A stretch of 43,148 bases of DNA from Flavobacteriales bacterium (GTDB taxonomy: Bacteria; Bacteroidota; Bacteroidia; Flavobacteriales; UBA7430): positions 1 through 43,148 of the forward strand of contig JAQWKY010000090.1 in the NCBI GenBank assembly GCA_029247585.1, in the 5' to 3' direction. Within the stretch, counting starts at the first letter, position 1; each line of letters begins with the position of its first letter. Below, in pieces: positions 38,246 to 43,148 of the stretch. The notes under the pieces were generated by a model, which made no database searches, was not told the origin of the DNA, and saw only the letters and a list, made by a program, of their open reading frames with translations. Made by a program: the position numbers and the translations under genes.

Positions 38246-39442
38246 TTAATACAAAAACTTGTTGTATGGGTAGCGTCGAGCGTGTATTTCCTTAACAAGT
38301 TCGTAAACGGTTGTTTTGAACCCTTCCCAATTGTCTTTTTGATGGGCAGAAATAAAAATACAGTTCTCATTCATTTTAGACATCCATGTACTTTCCCAGT
38401 CTGCCAATGAATTGTTGGCTCGAGTTCTTGGGGTTAAATCATCCTCGTCTTTGGGTGTGTATGAAAACAGGTCTATCTTGTTAAAAACCATCAAGGTCGG
38501 CTTGTCAGAAGCCTGTATTTCGTCTAGAATGTTGTTTACGGAGTCTACTTGCTCCTCAAAGTGCTCATGAGATATGTCTACCACGTGAATGAGAAAGTCG
38601 GACTCCCGAACTTCGTCTAGTGTCGACTTGAAAGACTCAACGAGTTGGGTAGGAAGTTTTCGGATGAATCCTACGGTATCGGAAAGTAAAAAAGGAAGGT
38701 TTTCAATTACCACCTTACGCACGGTTGTGTCTAGAGTCGCAAAAAGTTTGTTTTCGGCAAAAACCTCTGACTTGCTCAATGCGTTCATGATTGTCGATTT
38801 ACCCACGTTTGTATAACCTACCAGTGAAACGCGTATCATTTGCCCTCTGTTTTTACGCTGGGTTGCCATTTGCTTATCAATGGTTTTGAGCTTTTTCTTC
38901 AAAAGAGAAATTCGCTCACGGATGATTCGCCTGTCGGTTTCAATCTCTGTTTCTCCGGGCCCTTTCATACCGATTCCCCCCTTTTGTTTTTGAAGGTGCG
39001 TCCACATTCGGGTCAATCGAGGTAATAAATACTCGTATTGGGCCAGCTCCACCTGGGTACAAGCATGAGCGGTTTGGGCTCGGCCGGCAAAAATGTCAAG
39101 AATCAAGTTGGTGCGATCCAGGATCTTTCGCTCACCGAATATCGTTTCTATGTTTCGAAGTTGTGACGGGGAAAGCTCATCATCGAAAATAACAATGTCA
39201 ACATCATTTTCCTTAACATACTCTAAAATCTCATTGATTTTTCCTGAACCGATAAACGTTTTTGGATTCGGCTTAGCTAGTTTTTGCGTAAACCTAAGAA
39301 TTGGTTTAGCGCCAGCTGTTTGCGCCAAAAAAGCAAGCTCATCAAGGTATTCTTTTGACTTTTTTTCGTCTTGGATTTGGGTGATTACCCCAACCAAAAC
39401 GGCCGTCTCTCCTGTTGGTTTAATAGACCCTTTTTTTGGCAT
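38246..39442 (-). CDS. hflX: GTPase HflX
   Basis: GPGETEIETDRR, GYTNVGKS, LFATLD, DTVGF, NKID. Confidence 0.96.
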   Translation of the reverse strand: MPKKGSIKPTGETAVLVGVITQIQDEKKSKEYLDELAFLAQTAGAKPILRFTQKLAKPNPKTFIGSGKINEILEYVKENDVDIVIFDDELSPSQLRNIETIFGERKILDRTNLILDIFAGRAQTAHACTQVELAQYEYLLPRLTRMWTHLQKQKGGIGMKGPGETEIETDRRIIRERISLLKKKLKTIDKQMATQRKNRGQMIRVSLVGYTNVGKSTIMNALSKSEVFAENKLFATLDTTVRKVVIENLPFLLSDTVGFIRKLPTQLVESFKSTLDEVRESDFLIHVVDISHEHFEEQVDSVNNILDEIQASDKPTLMVFNKIDLFSYTPKDEDDLTPRTRANNSLADWESTWMSKMNENCIFISAHQKDNWEGFKTTVYELVKEIHARRYPYNKFLY

Positions 39443-39448
39443 AAATGG

Positions 39449-39883
39449 TTATGGCCAAACTGACCATGGAATCTTACTAAGAATTAATACTAGAGCAACT
39501 AAATAGGAGACCCACTTTACTTTATGCTTTGTGCGATCATCAATGTCTTTTTTAGATTTCGAGTACGCTCTCGTAATCAGAATGATGGCTATAAGCATCA
39601 TTACTGGGTGCTCTAGAGCGTACAGCCTTAATGTGGGGTCTTTCATTACAGAGCCCATGGCAGGCATAGCAGAGGTCGTTATTGGGCTGATGAAATATAA
39701 AACCAAGCCAATGGTCAACTGAAGGTGGGCCAAAATCAAGAGTATCAACCCGTTTTTACGGTGTGCCTCAGTATGTTTTTGGTTTTTTTGATAGGCGATG
39801 AATGACTTCAAAAGGGCCAGAAAAAGTACCGTCAGTAATAAATACGGCATAAAACTATGTAAGTGCTTTAGTCCTGTGTACAT
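39449..39883 (-). CDS. Four-TM hypothetical membrane protein with conserved-looking His residues
   Basis: LHS, AHLQ, EHP motifs in hydrophobic helices. Confidence 0.7.
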   Translation of the reverse strand: MYTGLKHLHSFMPYLLLTVLFLALLKSFIAYQKNQKHTEAHRKNGLILLILAHLQLTIGLVLYFISPITTSAMPAMGSVMKDPTLRLYALEHPVMMLIAIILITRAYSKSKKDIDDRTKHKVKWVSYLVALVLILSKIPWSVWP

Positions 39884-40092
39884 GGTTTTGGGTTTTTTAT
39901 TTCTGCTAATTTACTAATTTCAGAAGCAATGAGAGCATTACCAAGTAGTTCTTATTTACTTCTTATAAAAGTCCGTTCATGCACTCTTTTTGTTTGAGCT
40001 TTATGTTGAAATAAGACAACAGTCTCCATGCGTTTTGATCCGAAATTAAACGCAGAAAAAATTACCTTTGCAAACAGATTTATCAAACACCT

Positions 40093-40575
40093 ATGAAGTA
40101 CAGACGTTTAAGCCCTGAAGAATTAGAGCCTCTGAAAGAGGATTTTATACAGTTTCTGTCCGCCAACACAATTACAGGTGACGATTGGGCAAAAACAAAA
40201 GCAAATAAGCCTGAAGAGGCTCAAAAAATAATCGGTCTATTCAGTGATATCGTTTGGGAGAAGTCCCTAGAAAAAATTGAATCTTTAGAGCATCGAGACG
40301 ATCGATATTTAAAAGTCTTTCTCTTTGAAGAGAAAAAAATAAGCATGGTAGGTTTTTCGGTCCAAGCAGAAGGCGCCCCCTCCCTATTCGAAGAAAAAAC
40401 CTTTTCGGATCTAGCATCAGGGGCGCTGAAGTTTTCTGAACTAGAGGCAGACTTCTTTACTTCCACAAAAAACTACACGAAAGAACGCTCCTACGAGATG
40501 TTTGAAATGATGGAGGCGGGCTGCACGCCCTGTGAAAAATCTTATTTTTACGGAATAAAATCTTTGATGAAATAG
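40093..40575 (+). CDS. Conserved hypothetical protein (DUF6495-like)
   Basis: MKYRRLS.EEL..L..DF.QFL..N.IT..DW pattern. Confidence 0.7.
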   Translation: MKYRRLSPEELEPLKEDFIQFLSANTITGDDWAKTKANKPEEAQKIIGLFSDIVWEKSLEKIESLEHRDDRYLKVFLFEEKKISMVGFSVQAEGAPSLFEEKTFSDLASGALKFSELEADFFTSTKNYTKERSYEMFEMMEAGCTPCEKSYFYGIKSLMK

Positions 40576-40664
40576 CATTGGTTTGACAAAGGCTTTAACT
40601 TTAGGAAAGAAAATGACTAAAACGAGTCCTGCTGTCTACTAAATTCTGATTTTTTCCTGTTCCA

Positions 40665-40703
40665 CAAAAAAACGGGAGTCCCTTCGTGGTTTCTCCCGCT
40701 TTT
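40665..40703. terminator. Probable terminator between convergent genes
   Basis: A-run CGGGAG ... CTCCCG CTTTT. Confidence 0.5.
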
Positions 40704-40775
40704 AATTCCTTTTACCGGACGTTTTATCTAATGACCAATAAATAACATGATCATTTTATCTGACGGCAAACGCTT

Positions 40776-42725
40776 TTAGTTTTTAACGATTTTGAATGTT
40801 TTTATATTTTCTTTTTCCGTGTGCACCATAAGTACGTATGCCCCTGCCGGCAAATTTTCCATACTTATGTTTGTCTGCGACCCTATTACTTTATTCTGAT
40901 CTAATAAGCCCCCCAAAACATCATACAATTGATAATCCAGTCTCTGACCACCATAATTAACGATTTCAAGTGTTAACAGGTTTGTTCTTGGATTAAAGTA
41001 AGTGGTCAGTTCCTGATCAGAATTAGCTATTTCCTTCTTTTTTATTTCCTTCTTTTTCCGGATTGGAGATTCTAAACGACAAGACGCTGCTGAAGTAGAG
41101 GTCTCACAATCTCCTCCATCGTTATTATGACACAATAAATTAGCTCCGTATTGCTGATCATTACCATCACAGTAACAATCTCCAATCCAGGACTCAGGAT
41201 GACACTCTCCACTTCCGTCACAATCTAAAATTTCTCCTGACGGACAAGTTGTGGTTGAAGTGGGAGTAGTACCACAATCTCCTCCATCGTCATCATGACA
41301 CAATAAATTAGCTCCATATTGCTGATCATTACCATCACAGTAACCATCGCCAATCCAGGTTTGAGGCCAACAGTCTCCGCTTCCATCACAGTCCAAAACT
41401 TTTCCCGGTGGACAAGCATCACTACTACAATCACAATCTCCTTGATCAAAATTAAACGCAGAACAACTAAAGTTAATTAATTCGCCCAGATGCCAATAAT
41501 CCGAATTATCACAAAGGTTATTGCCTAACCAGCTTTCCGGAGCACAATTCCCGTTGCAATCTGATATTAATGTTGGTAAATCAACAGTATTAGTAATCCC
41601 AACAGCCTTCCATGCATTTACAACTGCCTGAGCTTCACCTGTGTCAGGGCATCTACCATACATTTCTACTGCTGCATCATACATGTATTTTGCTGCATCA
41701 TGATGATTAATCGTCTCAGTAAATTTTTCGGTTATCGCTTTGTAAACGATCTTTTCTGCCTTTTGAATACCTATGCCTGACACATCATAATTTGTCCCGT
41801 TATCATTTATGCCTGAACCGCCCTCACACAAAAGATAAAACCAATAAGACATAATAGACATATTGGTATGAATACCGCCTTGATCATGGGAATTTGGATT
41901 CGTATCTGCCCAATTATTGCCTAAGTATGTATCCGGTTGATCAGCATAGCCAGGATTATTAATCTTTCTTAAACCTGACTTACCCGGTCTTTTATCAAAA
42001 TCTTCTCCAATAGACCACAAATCATCATGATTTATTGTTCCGGCATAGTTTTCTACACAAACGGCCCAAATATCAGAGAGCCCTTCATTTATGGCTCCTG
42101 ATTCTCCGACAGGATGGTTAAGACCTAAATAACCTTGAGCAACACCGTGACCATACTCGTGTGCCATAACATCGAGAGAGGTCTGACGTAGGAAACCATC
42201 TGTCCCGTTAAAGGTTGAAGGCTCTCTAACAATTATCGAAGCTTGCTTACCCTCCCCATTAATGAAATGCCACTCGGTTTGCCCATAAAGGTTCTCGCCA
42301 CGCTTTTGTGTAGCCAGTGTAATGGCAATTGGAGTGTTATGACCATCAAAACCATCTCTCCCATGAACGCTCTTAAAATAATCATAAGTCATCGCAACTC
42401 CCCAATGCGCATCCAAAGCGGCTTTAGTTTTAGGATTCATAGAACCATCTGGAGTATTATCTTGAACCGTCTGTTCCCAACTCTGATTATTTACAGTCTG
42501 ATAGGCATAACCCTTAGAGGTGAGTGTCTGTATGCCTCTGGTAAGATCAATCAAAACATATTGCCCGGCAGCCCATCCCTCTGTGATCTTCGCCGTATTA
42601 ATCGTTTGATCTCCTGAATATTCGGTAGTAACAACTACCGATACTGATTCGTATCCCGGCGTGACCTGTGCAAATGCACTTGTGATAATTAATGATGCAA
42701 CTAATAATTTATTAATTTTTTTCAT
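40776..42725 (-). CDS. Secreted M4 (thermolysin-family) metallopeptidase with Cys-rich repeats and T9SS type A CTD
   Basis: HEYGH, GAINEGLSD, GGIHTN; GDGYCD..DGGDC repeats; C-terminal YQLYDVLG..LPAGAY..FKIVKN. Confidence 0.88.
   Translation of the reverse strand: MKKINKLLVASLIITSAFAQVTPGYESVSVVVTTEYSGDQTINTAKITEGWAAGQYVLIDLTRGIQTLTSKGYAYQTVNNQSWEQTVQDNTPDGSMNPKTKAALDAHWGVAMTYDYFKSVHGRDGFDGHNTPIAITLATQKRGENLYGQTEWHFINGEGKQASIIVREPSTFNGTDGFLRQTSLDVMAHEYGHGVAQGYLGLNHPVGESGAINEGLSDIWAVCVENYAGTINHDDLWSIGEDFDKRPGKSGLRKINNPGYADQPDTYLGNNWADTNPNSHDQGGIHTNMSIMSYWFYLLCEGGSGINDNGTNYDVSGIGIQKAEKIVYKAITEKFTETINHHDAAKYMYDAAVEMYGRCPDTGEAQAVVNAWKAVGITNTVDLPTLISDCNGNCAPESWLGNNLCDNSDYWHLGELINFSCSAFNFDQGDCDCSSDACPPGKVLDCDGSGDCWPQTWIGDGYCDGNDQQYGANLLCHDDDGGDCGTTPTSTTTCPSGEILDCDGSGECHPESWIGDCYCDGNDQQYGANLLCHNNDGGDCETSTSAASCRLESPIRKKKEIKKKEIANSDQELTTYFNPRTNLLTLEIVNYGGQRLDYQLYDVLGGLLDQNKVIGSQTNISMENLPAGAYVLMVHTEKENIKTFKIVKN
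41106..41414 (-). repeat. Two 141-nt intragenic repeats (LNR/Notch-like modules)
   Basis: 41106-41246 and 41274-41414 encode near-identical 47-aa modules. Confidence 0.9.
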
Positions 42726-42994
42726 TATTCCTTTTGTTAATTAATACCAAAGTACAAAGGTAGTTTATCTACAGTCTGACGAAATAGGTAAAACCTCTCA
42801 TTTAACAGGTGATGTCACCTATTGCGTTGTTATTCTGGCAATTAAACGAAGGCTTTAACCTTTACTAAGACGATGACTTTGAAATTGTCATGCGGTCATG
42901 CAGTTTTAAATTATTCATTATCAACTGTAAATTATCCTTTCTTATTGACTTTGACAATCTCTTCTCTAACTTCTTAACTACTGTCTCCTGAATT

Positions 42995-43029
42995 CTGACT
43001 ACTGACTGCTGACTACTGACTGCTGATAA
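42995..43029 (+). repeat. Heptamer tandem repeat (CTGACTR)n
   Basis: CTGACTA CTGACTG CTGACTA CTGACTG CTGATAA, with degenerate units upstream. Confidence 0.85.
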
Positions 43030-43038
43030 TAATATCTC

Positions 43039-43072
43039 AAAAAAAAGACCCTTTCTTTCGAAAAGGTCTTTT
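43039..43072 (-). terminator. Intrinsic terminator of the gene entering from the right edge
   Basis: AAAAAAAGACC-CTTTC...GAAAA-GGTCTTTT. Confidence 0.75.
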
Positions 43073-43095
43073 AATATTTTAATTCTAGTAAATGA

Positions 43096-43146
43096 TTAAT
43101 AGAACTTTGCTCTATTTTCCTCAATCTCTGCCAAGTCTTTTAAAGA
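43096..43146 (-). CDS. 3' end of an unidentified gene (…SLKDLAEIEENRAKFY*)
   Basis: Open frame from the window edge to TAA at 43096-43098, followed by a terminator. Confidence 0.5.
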   Translation of the reverse strand, partial: SLKDLAEIEENRAKFY

Positions 43147-43148
43147 AT

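Noticed and set aside
4667-42617. Many short antisense or out-of-frame ORFs within long genes in the track
   Set aside because: They overlap well-supported conserved CDSs and show no recognisable motifs.

Overview
Chromosomal window from a Bacteroidota genome, most likely a marine Flavobacteriales. This rests on TAnnTTTG -7 promoters, T9SS cargo proteins, a Bacteroidota-type SRP RNA and a homodimeric GlyRS. Most of the window is housekeeping: glyQS, polyprenyl synthase, rlmN, ispD, queA, truB, hemL/hemB, nfuA, fldA, nrdAB, prs-rplY-pth, glmS, panCD, radA, hflX, plus ffs and tRNA-Leu(CAA). The most striking element is absent from the ORF track. The 5' leader of a sulfite/nitrite reductase gene (minus strand, start 1279, running off the left edge) carries two tandem cysteine-rich short ORFs: MNKVTFLALSNDLSRSACVSTQAACCCC* (1525-1611) and MKNSNTYTNQNNAMMNCCACYVMCCCTQNERLDICS* (1364-1474). 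The second has classic terminator/antiterminator geometry. The poly-Cys codons of the first are perfectly complementary to the start region of the second, suggesting a two-stage Cys-sensing attenuator. Other notable items are a small integration scar at tRNA-Leu with a duplicated terminator and a recombinase-tail-like stub, an orphan HEPN-like (RxxxxH) protein, a secreted Kazal/VWC-like protein with paired cysteine losses, an apparently propeptide-less M4 protease with Notch/LNR-like repeats, REP-like repeats and several near-leaderless genes. All family assignments come from motif recognition by eye; no searches were run.
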